A stretch of 64,000 nt of DNA, from positions 6,366,497 to 6,430,496 of the forward strand of contig NC_081387.1 of NCBI RefSeq assembly GCF_030684315.1, written 5' to 3'. Shown here piece after piece: positions 48,538 through 60,200 of this stretch; positions within the stretch are counted from its first letter, which is position 1, and each line of letters opens with the position of its first letter. The notes beneath the pieces are model-generated. The model ran no database searches, was not told the DNA's origin, and was given only the letters and a program-made list of their open reading frames with translations. Source of the stretch: Stegostoma tigrinum. Taxonomy: Eukaryota. The position numbers were made by a program, and so were the translations under genes.

Positions 48538-51500
48538 CCTCTCTCATTCTCTGCCTCCTCCTCTCTTCTTCAGATGTCCCGGAGGCAAACGTCTACTACA
48601 CGAATGGACATAATGTCAACCTGCACTGCCTGGTCACTGGATTTTACCCACAATCAATCAATGTGACCTGGCTTGCAGATGGAAAGCCAGTCCCTGACAC
48701 CCATAGCACAGGCATTCTACCCAACCACGATGGCACCTACCAAATAAGGGTAGCTTTCCAGATGAAACATGACGATGGCCGTAACTACGTGTGCCATATT
48801 GAACACAGCAGCCTGCCTGCACCGAAGGAGATATTGTGGGGTAAGAGATGGGACTGATCCGTGGGCTCCGAATGGGAATACACTGGGGAGCAGATGGGGA
48901 TAACCCAGTATCAAAAACGAGAATGAAGTCAGGATCAGAAATTGGTGCAAGTGGATGTAAAGCATGAGAGTAAGTTGGAATAAGTGATCAGAATGCGATT
49001 GGGTGAAGAATGGTGGGATTCCGGGGAAGGAATGGGAATGTAATAGAATAGGAACGTAGATCATCAAGAATAAAAAATGGAGTGATGTAGCGGATAGTCT
49101 CCCTGTCTTTGAACCAGAAACCCCAGGTTTAATTCTCACTCTGGGAGATGACAGTCCTGGAAGATGTTCATTTTTAAACAATTATTTATTCATTTACATG
49201 ATGTGGGCATCACTGGCTAGTGTCACAGCATTTACTGTCCATTTCTGGTTGTCCAAACCCATCTCCGATTGTCCAAATGGGTAGATAAGAGTCATTGCTG
49301 CGGCTCTGGAGTCGTATGTAGGCCAGACTGGAATAGGATGACATTTTCTCTCCCTCAAGGAGCATTGTTGAACCAGATGGCTTTTCCCCTGACAACAGTT
49401 TCATGGTCATCATTAGACTCTTCATGCCAGATATATATTGAATTCAAAGTCCACCGTCTGCCATAGTGGAATTCAAACCTGGGTTCTCTGGTCATTAGTT
49501 GAGTGTCCTGGACTAACAACCTAGCAATAATACCACTAAGCCCTTGCCTCCTCTCATGACTCAGTGTGCAGCCTTTGTGAGGAACACTTTGGTGCCAACA
49601 ATGTAGAGTTTGGTCTTTGTCCCAGCTCAGCAATCTCCTTGGAAGGATATGGACAGGCTGCAGGCAGGTGGGACTAGTTTAGCTTGGGATGATGTTCAGC
49701 ATGGACTAGTAGAAGTGAAGGGTTTGTTCCTGTGCTGTGCGACTCTATGACTCGAACAAGGAATGGGAATAGCTCAGGAGGAGAAGAATTAGAAATAGCC
49801 AGGGATTAGGAATGCCAGGATGCAATGGGAGTAAGATTGCATTAGGAGCAACCTGAATGGAAAGATTGGTTTCCATGATGAGGAGATTAGGAGTGATGTT
49901 CCTGGCTCATAGTCAGATTAAACTGAAGGGATCCTTGCATGCGCTGGGAGAAGAAAAACATAGCTTTATTGTTCACTTTTCCTGCAGTTTTCTGACTGCT
50001 AAGAGTCTGAACGTTCTCAGCAGTTAATGTCCTTGTCGTTGTCTGAACTGCAGAAATATTTACCCGCTGTGGACACACCCCTGCCTCAGCTGCCCTTTGA
50101 TCTCTCTGTAACTCTCCCACTCTTTTGCATCGGGACGCTGATCCTTCTGCATCACTGTCCCATTCAGTGTCATCCCCATCCCTTGGAATAGCCTTAGGCT
50201 CCCTCAGAGCCTACTCCTGGTGTGTGCTGGGTGACTTTGAGGACTCCTATGGCTCAAGAACATTTGACCCATCACTTCTCTCCTGGATAGCTGCGATGAT
50301 GACGAGAGCTGCGAAGGCCAGAGGGAGAAGAGAGTTTAGCCATTCCATTGGGTTGGGACATTTCAGGCTGGGATGAGGGCATCAGGGGCTCAGACTCAAT
50401 GTGTTCCTTTGTTATTTCAGAGAAAGATGGCAGTGTGGTAGCAGTGATGATTGGCTGTATCATTCTACTTTTGCTGTTAATTTTATGCATCGGAGCTGGC
50501 GTTTACTGCTGGAAGCACAAGGATGAAGTGAATAAAAGAATCACAAGCTGCTTGGGTCGTGGTGAGAGTTATGATTTAGTGATCTTCATTCATCCATCAC
50601 AGTCATCACACAGCATTTTGCAATTGGTTGAACGGGATCCAGTTTACAGCAAAGCCTCGCTGTTTCAGGACACTTTTAAAACCCTTTCCAATGGGAATAA
50701 TGTGGTTACGCAGAAATCAGAGCAGTGAGTTGATACACAGCAAGATCCAATTAACAACAATTGACCAAACAATCAGCTGTCATACGCACTGTTGTGGTAT
50801 CAATACTACCCACAATGCATAGTGACATGTGCCCGCTCTCCCTATTTGGAGTGCACCTCAGGCTAATGACTCATCCAAAAAATGGCCTCTTTCGAAAATA
50901 TACCTCTATCTTGCTGTGGCCGTACAAATACTCCTCCACTGCCACAGTTCGACACATCTAGCAAAGAAGCGTTCCCTCAGCACTGACCCTCCCACAGTGC
51001 GGCACTCCCTCCGCACAGGCCCTCCGACAGCGCGGCACTCCCTCCGCACTGGCCCTCCAACAGCGCGGCACTCCCTCTGCACTGGCCCTCCGATAACGTG
51101 GCACTCCCTCCGCACTGACCCTCCGACAGCGCGGCACTCCCTCTGCACTGGCCCTCCGACAGCGCGGCACTCCCTCCGCACTGGCCCTCCGACAGCGCGG
51201 CACTTCCTCCACACTGGCCCTCCGACAGCGCAGCACTCCCTTTGCACTGGCCCTCCGACAGCGCAACACTCCCTCCGCACTGGCCCTCCGATAACGTGGC
51301 ACTCCCTCCGCACTGGCCCTCCGACAGCGCAGCACTCCCTCCACACTGGCCCTCCGATAACGTGGCACTCCCTCCGCACTGGCCCTCCGACAGCGCGGCA
51401 CTCCCTCCGCACTGGCCCTCCGACAGCGCGGCACTCCCTCTGCACTGGCCCTCCGACAGTGCGGCACTCCCTCCGCACTGGCCCTCCGACAGCGCGGCAC

Positions 51501-54500
51501 TCCCTCTGCACTGGCCTTCCGATAACGTGGCACTCCCTCCGCACTGGCCCTCCGACAGCGCGGCACTCCCTCCGCACTGGCCCTCCGACAGCGCGGCACT
51601 CCCTCTGCACTGGCCCTCCGATAACGTGGCACTCCCTCCGTACTGGCCCTCCGACAGCATGGCACTCCCTCCGCACTGGCCCTCTGTCAGCGCGGCACTC
51701 CCTCCGCACTGGCCCTCCGATAATGTGGCACTCCCTCCGCACTGGCCCTCCGATAACGTGGCACTCCCTACGCACTGGCCCTCCGACAGCGCGGCACTCC
51801 CTCTGCACTGGCCCTCCGACAGCGCGGCACTCCCCCCGCTCTGGCCCTCCGACAGCGCAGCACTCCCTCCGCACTGGCCCTCCGACAGCGCGGCACTCCC
51901 CCCGCACTGGTCCTCCGACAGCGCAGCACTCCCACTGCACTGGCCCTCTGATAACGTGGCACTCCCTCTGCACTGGCCCTCCGATAACCTGGCACTCCCT
52001 CCGCACTGGCCCTCCGACAGCGCGGCACTCCCTCCGCACTGGCCATCCGACAGCGCGGCACTCCCTCTGCACTGGCCCTCCGACAGTGCGGCACTCCCTC
52101 CGCACTGGCCCTCCGACAGCGCGGCACTCCCTCTGCACTGGCCCTCCGATAACGTGGCACTCCCTCCGCTCTGGCCCTCCGACAGCGCGGCACTCCCTCC
52201 GCACTGGCCCTCCGACAGCGCGGCACTCCCTCCGCACTGGCCCTCCGACAGCGCGGCACTCCCTCCGCACTGGCCCTCCGATAACGTGGCACTCCCTCCG
52301 TACTGGCCCTCCGACAGCATGGCACTCCCTCCGCACTGGCCCTCTGTCAGCGCGGCACTCCCTCCGCACTGGTCCTCCGACAGCGCAGCACTCCCACTGC
52401 ACTGGCCCTCTGATAACGTGGCACTCCCTCTGCACTGGCCCTCCGATAACTTGGCACTCCCTCCGCACTGGCCCTCCGACAGCGCGGCACTCCCTCCGCA
52501 CTGGCCATCCGACAGCGCGGCACTCCCTCTGCACTGGCCCTCCGACAGTGCGGCACTCCCTCCGCACTGGCCCTCCGACAGCGCGGCACTCCCTCTGCAT
52601 TAGCCCTCCGATAACGTGGCACTCCCTCCGCACTGGCCCTCCGACAGCGCGGCACTCCCTCCGCACTGGCCCTCCGACAGCGCGGCACTCCCTCCGCACT
52701 GGCCCTCCGACAGCGCGGCACTCCCTCCGCACTGGCCCTCCGATAACGTGGCACTCCCTCCGTACTGGCCCTCCGACAGCATGGCACTCCCTCCGCACTG
52801 GCCCTCTGTCAGCGCGGCACTCCCTCCGCACTGGCCCTCCGACAGCGCGGCACTCCCTCCGCACTGGTCCTCCGACAGCGCAGCACTCCCACTGCACTGG
52901 CCCTCTGATAACATGGCACTCCCTCTGCACTGGCCCTCCGATAACGTGGCACTCCCTCCGCACTGGCCCTCCGACAGCGCGGCACTCCCTCCGCACTGGC
53001 CATCCGACAGCGCGGCACTCCCTCTGCACTGGCCCTCCGACAGTGCGGCACTCCCTCCGCACTGGCCCTCCGACAGCGCGGCACTCCCTCTGCACTGGCC
53101 CTCCGATAACGTGGCACTCCCTCCGCACTGGCCCTCCGACAGCGCGGCACTCCCTCCGCACTGGCCCTCCGACAGCGCGGCACTCCCTCCGCACTGGCCC
53201 TCCGACAGCACGGCACTCCCTCCGCACTGGCCCTCCGACAGCGCGGCACTCCCTCCGCACTGGCCCTCCGATAACGTGGCACTCCCTCCGTACTGGCCCT
53301 CCGACAGCATGGCACTCCCTCCGCACTGGCCCTCTGTCAGTGCGGCATTCCCTCCGCACTGGATATCCTCACTCTCCAAATCCCTGTTTGTTTCAGTCAT
53401 TTCCATTGCCTGTGTTCGCAACTCCGACGAAAGCAATCCCTAAACAATTTCCTCCAGTCATTTGAAAACAAAGAATTCTGGAAATCACAGTGGGTCAGGC
53501 AGCAAGCTGATGTGTCGATTCGAGATGACTCGGATGAAGAGCTATTTAGCCTCGAAATGTTCACTTTCTCTCTCTTCATGGATACTGCCAGACCTGCTGT
53601 GATTTCCAGCGTTTTTTTGTTTTTAGTAAGTTGCAGCATCTGCAGTAATTTGCTTCTTCACCCAGCCGTTACTCTGACTTAGCACATGACAAATCTAATT
53701 GCTCATGAAGCTTGTCAATGATTGCATGAACCATGCACAAATATCTTGATGACTGAGGCTATGTGTTTTTTATTTCTGTAGGATACATGGCAAGTAACTC
53801 TTCAGCAAACAGTGAGTACATTTGGAATGGATTGAATTCTAGTTCCGTTATTTGTAAAGTCTGTTCTGGGGAATGATGGCAATGCCAGTCTGATTCATCG
53901 TGGTACATCTCAAATCTAAGGGAGCATTAGGAAGTTTCTGGGGATTGCTGGAAGAGAAGTGACTGAGAAGAGACAGACAGATAAGAGAATGAGGAGCTTT
54001 TGCCATGTCCAGTTTGCTGACTGAAGATGCACTGACAGTGAATGCAGAATTCCACAATGAGTTTCTGTGTTGCTCAGGGAATGTACTGAGTTGGTTGGCT
54101 TTCTCCCAAAATCACTGCAATGGCAGGATGGTGGTTGGGACACCTTCCCCGTGATGGACAAGTATCTTTTCTCAATGCTTTGGTGTGGCCTGAAGAGCTT
54201 CCCATGGTGGACAGATATCTGCACATTGCCTAGATCAATGGACTGGCATGGTCTACACAGCTCCCTATGCCAGACAGATATCTGGACCGGGTTTAAAGAT
54301 CAATGCACGAGTGTGGTCTGCACAGCTTCCCACAGTGCCTAGAGATCTTAGAAACACAGAAACAGCAAAATGAGATGCAGGAGTTGGGCATTTGGCCCTT
54401 TGAGCCTGCATCACCATTCAATATGCCTTCTCACTATATCCGCTGATCCCCATAGCCACAAGGGTCCTGTCCAGCTCCCTCTTGCATTTATCTAATAAAC

Positions 54501-55600
54501 TAACCTCAACAGCTTTCTGTTGCAGAGCATTCCACAGGTTCACAACTCTCTGAGTGAAGAAATTCTTCCTCCTCTCAGTCTTGAATGGCTTATCCCTTAT
54601 TTTTAGACTGTGACCCGTGGTTCTGGACTTCCCCAATATCAGAAACATTCCTCCTGCTTGTAGCCTGTCCAGTCCCATGAGGATTTCATATGTTACCATG
54701 AGATACACCCTCATTCTTCTAAATTTCAGTGAATACAAGCACAGTGGATCCAGTCTTTCCTCATGTGTTTCTAGATCAGTGCAGTGTTGTGGTCCTCAGA
54801 GCTTCCAGCCATGGAAGGTGTGTGGATGTGAGTTTGCTCGCTGAGCTGGAAGATTAGTTTTCAGACGTTTCGTCACCATTCTAGGTAACATCATCAGTGA
54901 GCCTCCGTCAAAGCGCTGGTGTTATGTCCCGCTTTCTATTTATCTGGTTAGGTTTCCTTGGGTTGGTGATGTCATTTCCTGTTCTTTTTCTCAGGGGATG
55001 GTAGGTGTGTATTCCAGGCTTACGGATCAATATAATGTTATGGTCTTCACAACTCCTCATGCTGGACAGATATCCCAGAGATTCTCAGCTGCTGATGCTT
55101 TTGAGAATGATCTGGGAGAAGGCCATCTTGGAATTCCTGTTTTTCTCTCCCCATTGTTCTGTTGCCTGGTTATTGGAGCACAGGCAAGCAACTGGAGAAA
55201 GTGTGGCCTCCATAGGGGTCACATGACTCAGCACGGGTCACCTCGACCCATCGCTGGCCACAGTGACATGGCAGAGACTGTGAACCATGTAGCCATCACT
55301 GGGGGCTGTGCACCGAGCACAGTAAGACAGCTGGTTATAAATGACTCTCCGTCAACTTGACTCACTGACATTTCGCCATTTCTCTCTTCATTAGGTACTG
55401 ACGGCAGCCAGACACTGAATGGCAACAATTCAGACAGCAGTGATGGTGAAAAGCCCCTTATCTCAGGTCCGCTAAGCAACCCCAGTATGCAAGGCAATAA
55501 GCAAAGTGTGCAAACACCACTGGTTCAAAACCCAGATGGCCCACCCCAAACACATGCTGAAACTTCACTCGAACAAATGACAGTGGAAATTGAAACATAG
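35096..55600 (+). CDS. UDA: MHC class I heavy chain, UDA-like nonclassical lineage; join(35096-35147, 40787-41050, 46301-46576, 48574-48840, 50421-50561, 53782-53811, 55395-55600), 411 aa
   Basis: All introns are GT-AG and phase 1, and the frame is open throughout. Y7, Y59, R84, T143, K146, W147, Y159, Y171 conserved; position 123 is L. Class I identity is secure; the UDA name is inferred from the 8-of-9 pattern and dissimilarity to shark UAA as I recall it. Confidence 0.85.
36935..37625 (+). mobile_element. CR1-type LINE 3' fragment
   Basis: ORF 37286-37624 (TRGH..K...FFTQRVV..RNELP) is the typical CR1 ORF2 C-terminus. Confidence 0.8.
38040..38500 (+). mobile_element. Old decayed PLE GIY-YIG fragment
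   Basis: Reads AHKPT...KDPIP...NVV.KIP..DC.KYYIGQTGR, homologous to 25190-25490. Confidence 0.7.
38540..40745 (+). mobile_element. Decayed CR1-type LINE ORF2
   Basis: Remnants of PGPDG.H.RILKE, LDF.K, QGS.LGP, LEYC...W, ADLI.TYK with many stops. Confidence 0.8.
40787..41050 (+). CDS. UDA: Exon 2, alpha1 domain
   Basis: tgacag|AG TCA CAC TCT CTG AGG TAT; ESHSLRYYYT...QYWEQETQ...RRTNSSET; donor G|gttagt; 264 nt. Confidence 0.95.
41097..41402 (+). mobile_element. tRNA-derived SINE (HE1-like); a related minus-strand copy lies at about 45750-46060
   Basis: Box A-like gtggcacagtgg, box B-like gggttcg, core tttgcacattctcc...gggtttcctccggg, CR1-like tail ctgtttccacactg..ggattctatga. Confidence 0.75.
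41740..45740. mobile_element. Fragmented CR1-type LINE (+) interrupted by a different minus-strand LINE (about 42455-43470)
   Basis: Endonuclease remnant (ITKTW..GFKCFRHDR) and RT remnants (SCLTN..FFEE, DFTKAFDK, PEPDGIYP); approximate boundaries. Confidence 0.65.
46301..46576 (+). CDS. UDA: Exon 3, alpha2 domain
   Basis: ggttag|GT TTG AAC; LQYTSGCEL...STQRKWN...ICIEWLNTY; donor G|gtaggt; 276 nt. Confidence 0.95.
46845..47800. mobile_element. Palindromic PLE family A insertion in intron 3 of the UDA-like gene
   Basis: Arms 46844-47298 and 47309-47764 with a 10-nt spacer; 14-bp TSD acaataaatgtgta at 46831-46844 and 47801-47814. Confidence 0.9.
47801..48210 (+). repeat. Degenerate ACACAGCACAGTACACAGGG-type low-complexity repeat (also about 46720-46844)
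   Basis: Direct reading; split by the PLE hairpin insertion. Confidence 0.75.
48574..48840 (+). CDS. UDA: Exon 4, alpha3 Ig C1 domain
   Basis: Long CT tract then cag|AT GTC CCG; LHCLVTGFYP, LPNHDGTYQ, YVCHIEHSSL; donor G|gtaaga; 267 nt. Confidence 0.95.
50421..50561 (+). CDS. UDA: Exon 5, transmembrane
   Basis: tttcag|AG AAA GAT; VVAVMIGCIILLLLLILCIGAGVYCW then KHK; donor G|gtgaga; 141 nt. Confidence 0.92.
50975..53361 (+). repeat. 33-bp CpG-rich minisatellite (GCACTCCCTCCGCACTGGCCCTCCGACAGCGCG), about 72 copies, in intron 5
   Basis: 11-residue periodicity in all translated frames; degenerate relatives at about 36290-36810. Confidence 0.97.
53782..53811 (+). CDS. UDA: Exon 6, cytoplasmic mini-exon GYMASNSSAN
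   Basis: tttctgtag|GA TAC ATG...AAC A|gtgagt; 30 nt, phase 1-1. Confidence 0.75.
54823..55003 (-). mobile_element. PLE family B pLTR fragment (empty Tx1 target site)
   Basis: Colinear with 18021-18074 joined to 23432-23580, with no Tx1 between them. Confidence 0.9.
54864..54897 (-). ncRNA. Minimal hammerhead ribozyme motif, PLE family B, intact
   Basis: CUGAUGA-U-GUUACC(UAGAAU)GGUGAC-GAAAC-GUC with a 3-bp stem I (UCA/UGA) and the ACGU palindrome. Confidence 0.8.
55395..55600 (+). CDS. UDA: Exon 7, terminal cytoplasmic exon
   Basis: ttcattag|GT ACT GAC; STDGSQTLNGNNSDSSDGEKPLI...MTVEIET, then TAG 55598-55600. A weak internal donor after 55445 is possible. Confidence 0.65.
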
Positions 55601-56426
55601 CCTTTTGCACTTCTTCTACATCCTCCTTGATTCTCTGTGACATTTTCTCAGCTCTGTTTTCATGATTTAAATTGGATATTAATCCTTTTAAATGTGAACT
55701 TTCAGCTCTCAGACCGGGTAAGGATGGCAGTTTGCTTCCCTAAAGGGCATTAGTGAACCAGATGGGATTTTCCTGACCATTAATGGTGGATTCATGGTCA
55801 TCATTAGATTCTTAATTCCAGATTTTTTTTATTGAATTCAAATTCCACCATCTGTCGTTATCTGGGTCTCTGATTTAACAGTCCAACTATAATCCTACTG
55901 GGCTATTGCCTCCCCTTTGTCTGATAATTACTACGAATTGTTGTTCTGAACCGTTTTGGTTGACTTCTGCCAATTCAGCATGGAATTCTGTCATCTTTTC
56001 CCCTACATGTGACTCCAGACCCATAGCCGTATGGTTGATTCTTGGGACCGGTCTATCCAGTCACACCCAAAAAGAGACCTCATACAAGCTCTGTGATCAG
56101 CTGATCCACTCAATGCTCTTTCATGAGTCTTATCGGACTAGCCAAAGGTGCCCCCTGAGCCTTTCAGGATCCAGTGGATGGGTAAGTCCTGTCCATACTC
56201 TCCCAGCCCTGTGTATTCTTGCTTCATTGGCTGCAGATGCTCAAGAGCTGTGAGAAGAAGCAATAAAGAGCGAGAGAACCCAACATCAACAGAGTGGGTG
56301 GGCACTGCTCTCTCAGCTGGGTCTGACATGGGTCAGTAACATGCCATTGAATACAAGTCCTGTCTCATGCCTCATGTAAAACTGAGATACCAAACACAAG
56401 TGGGAAATTGGCACAGAATGGCCTTA

Positions 56427-57232
56427 TAAGAACATAAGAACTAGGAGCAGGAGTAGGCCATCTGGCCCGTCAAGCCTGCCCCGCCATTTAATAAGATCAT
56501 GGCTGATCTTTTGAGATTCAGCTCCACTTACCCACCCACTCACCATAACCCTTAATTCCTTCACTGTTCAAAAATTTATCTAGCCTTGCCTTAAAAACAT
56601 TCCACAAGGTAATTTCAACCGCTTCACTGGGCAAGGAATTCCACAGATTCACAACCCCTTGGGTGAAGAAGTTCCTCCCGACCTCAGTCCTACATCTGCT
56701 TCCCTTTATTTTGAGGTGATGCCCTCTAGTCCTAGTTTCACCTGCTACTGGAAACAACCAGCCTGCCTCCACCTTATCTATTCCCTTCATAATCTTATAT
56801 GTTTCTATAAGATCTGCCCTCATTCTTCTGAATTCCAATGAGTATAATCCCAGTCTACTCAGTCTCTCCTCATAATCCAACCTCTCTCAACTCTGGAATC
56901 AACCGAGTGATTCTCCTCTGCACCCCCTCCAGTGCTAGTATATCTCTTCTCAAGTAAGGAGACCAAAACTGCACACAGTACTCCATGCGTAGCCTCACCA
57001 GGGCCCGATACAGCTGCAGCATAGCCTCCCTGTTTTTAAACTCCATCCCTCTAGCAATGGCAGACAAAATTCCTTTTGCCTTTTGAATTAACTGCTGCAC
57101 CTGCAATCCTACTTTTGGCGATTCATGCACAAGGGCACCCAAGTTCCTCTGCACAGCAGCATGTTGCAATTTTTTACCATTTAAAATGTAGCCCATTTTG
57201 CTGTTTTTCCAACCGAAATGGATGACCTCCCA
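56427..57232 (-). mobile_element. CR1-type LINE 3' end (related fragments at about 54345-54765, 57915-58280, 58900-59915)
   Basis: ORFs 56870-57196 and 56518-56880 (LYRALVR..MEYCVQFWSPY, GLYSLE.RR.R.DLIETYKI, TRGH, FFTQ.VVNLWNSLP); short ATAAGAAC tail repeat. Confidence 0.88.
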
Positions 57233-60200
57233 CTTATTATGCTCTTATAACAGAATCGGGACTGTTCATGAGGCTTTCAACATAATTATCAATAATATAT
57301 TTGTAAATCGATATTGTACTTTAATCTATAAAGTAGTCTGAGGCACGTTAGTCTACTCCCAAAGGCTGATGCTGTTTGTTCAAGGTTGGCAGAATGTGTT
57401 AGTGCTTGAGCATGTGAGGATAGGTGGGCTTTTAATGCTCAGAACAAGATAATCCTCAGTGGAGTTGGGATGGGGGGATAAGATTAATGCTCCAGATGCA
57501 TTAATCCTCTGAAGGATAAAGCTCAAAAAGAGGATTTAATACTCTGAGGAAGCTTCCTAAGCCTACAGTGTATTAAGGCTTAGACTGGTTGTTGCTTAGC
57601 GGGAGTTAATGATCAAGAGTGAGGGTTAATACTTGGTGAATTTTAATGCTTGTGTGGGCATCTTTGAAGTGGACCTTAATGCTCATGGAGATTAATAATC
57701 GGAGGGACATTTAATTCTTGGATGATGGGAGATTTGATGGGAGAATTAACATTCCAAATTGATTAATTCTTGGAAGCAGATTAATGCTTGCCTGGGAGGG
57801 TTATTGCTGTAGTTAGATTAATCCTTGGAAGGGAATTAATGCTCAGATGCAAGAGTTAAGGCTCTGGTAAGAAGGATAGAGGTGAGGTGTTAAGACTTGT
57901 TTGACATATGAAGAAAGAAACATAGATAATAGGTGCAAGTATAGGCCGTTCAGCTGTTCGATGCTTCACCATCATTCAATATGGTCCAGGTTGATTGTGC
58001 AATCTCAGTATCCCATCCCTTCCTTCTCCCCATATCCCTTCATCCCTTTAGCCATAAGGGTCACATCCAGTTTCCTCTCAAATATATCTAATAAATTGGC
58101 CTCAACGGTTTCCTGTGGGAGAGAATTCCATAGGTTCATAACTCATTGAGTGAAATTTTTTTTCCTCACCTCAATCCTGAATGGTTTGCCCCTTATTGTT
58201 AGACTGTGAGTCCTAGTTCTGGACTTCCCCAACAGCAGGAGCATTTTCCAGCATCTCATCAGGGTTTTAAGTACTTCTGTGAGATCCCCTGCCATTCTTG
58301 GAAGAGATGTGGAAGATTTAATGATTGAGTGGGTTAATGAACTGAGGGCATAATTGCTTGAAGCTGAAAATTACAATATGTTAAGATTTGTCAAGAATGT
58401 CAGTCATAATTTTCAGTTTTATGCTCACCTCTGTACATTGCCTCTTTTGTGTAAATTCTCTTTGCTAGTTTTTTTTGACTTGTGATTTTGCAACATCAAA
58501 TAAAGAATAAAGAAACCATGTGTGCAGGTGTGTCTGACACCAAATTCTCATCCTCCACTTCAACAGAGAACCTCTGTTATCCCTGGGAACACTGCCACTC
58601 TCTGGAATGAGAGCAAAGCCCTGTGGGAAATCCATCAGTGTCTTCATTCTGATCCCATTGTATGTGCAGCTGGGAAGGACATAGGAGAGAATGGGGAGGG
58701 GAGATTAGGTGTGGGTAGCAGATGGAGGGAGTGTAGAGTGAGAGGGACCAGGGAGGAAAATTGAGCGTGAGAATGATATGAGGGGAAAGGAGGAGGTGGG
58801 AGAGGACACCTTTCCCAGATTGCTTTACTGTGATGCCAACTGCGAGGTCACAATTCCCAGAAATGGCTACTTCCTATCCCACATTTCTTATATGAGCAGA
58901 AGTAGTTTATTTGATTGCCTGAGCCTGATCTACCATTTAATGAAGCCATGGCTGATTTGCCTGTATTACAAATTCCATGCCCCCATCTATGCCCAATCAC
59001 TTTTCATTCTTCTATCTGTCAGGAAACTTATCTGCCTCTGTCTTAAAAATATTCAATAACCCCACCTTTTGCACCTTCTGAGACACAGAATGCCAAAGTC
59101 ACAAAACCACTGAATAGAAAGACAAGACTTAATCTCTTATCCAAAGGGTGGCCCTAATTTTAAAACCGGACCCTGGTTTTGACTGATCCACACTGTCAAG
59201 AGCATTCAGGATCTTATGAACCTCAAGAAATTCACTCTGATTTCTTCTAAGCTCCATTAGAACAAGCAAAACCTTGTCCAATGCCACCTCAAAAGACAAT
59301 CCACTCATCCCAGGTATCAAGCTGGTTCTTTGAATGAGCCTCCAATACATTGACATCTTTCCTTAAAAGTGGGGACCAAACCTGCACACAAAATTCAAGA
59401 TGTGGTCTCACCAGTTCCTTTTACAGTTAAAGAACAACATCATTACTTTTATGTTCAATTGTTTTTGTAATAGAGACAGTATTCCATTAGACTTCTCAAT
59501 TGCCTGCTGTGACTGCATGCTAAGGTTTTGTGACTTGTGCACTAGACCACTTAAATCTCCCTGCCCCTCAGAACTCTACAGTACTTCACCATTTAAGCAA
59601 TATTTTGCTTTTTAATTCTTCCTATCAAAGCGAACCACATCACACTTTTCGACATTACTCCATCTGCCAGATTTTTGCCCATTCCTTCATTCCATCTATA
59701 TTCATCTGCAACTTCTTGACATCTCAACTTAACTATCCTCAGTGCCATCTGCAAATTTAGCTGCCATACCTTTGTGTATGGTTTGTAGGATATTGATGTA
59801 GAATGTACAATGTTGACGCCCCAGCACAGGCCTCTGCACCATCCATCCACTCTATACTCAGGCAATGATTCATTGTGGGTACTCTCCAGTTTCTGTTAGC
59901 CAATCTTCTCTCCATGCTAATAGTTTTTTTTATATTCATTAATGGGATGTGGGCAAGACTGGCTAGGCAGCATTTATTGCCCATCCCTAATTCCCCAGAG
60001 GGCAATTCAGAGTCAACATTGCTGTGGGCCTGGAGTCACATGTAGGCCAGGCCAGGTAAGGATGGCAGTTCCCTTCCCTAAAGGTCATTGGTGAACCAGA
60101 TTAGTTTTTTCCCAACAATCAACAATGGATTCACAGTCACCATTAGATTCTTAATTCCAGATATTTTTATTTAATTCATATTCCACCATCTGCCAATATG

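Noticed and set aside
50829-53465. 878-aa and 817-aa ORFs (and overlapping ones) as novel repeat proteins
   Set aside because: They are translations of a stop-free 33-bp minisatellite, open on both strands and lying inside an intron.
35096-55600. Classical UAA gene or W-category/class II gene
   Set aside because: The three-ectodomain exon structure excludes class II and W-category. The sequence, L123 and long tail differ from shark UAA as I recall it, and no TAP/PSMB genes lie in the window; needs phylogenetic confirmation.
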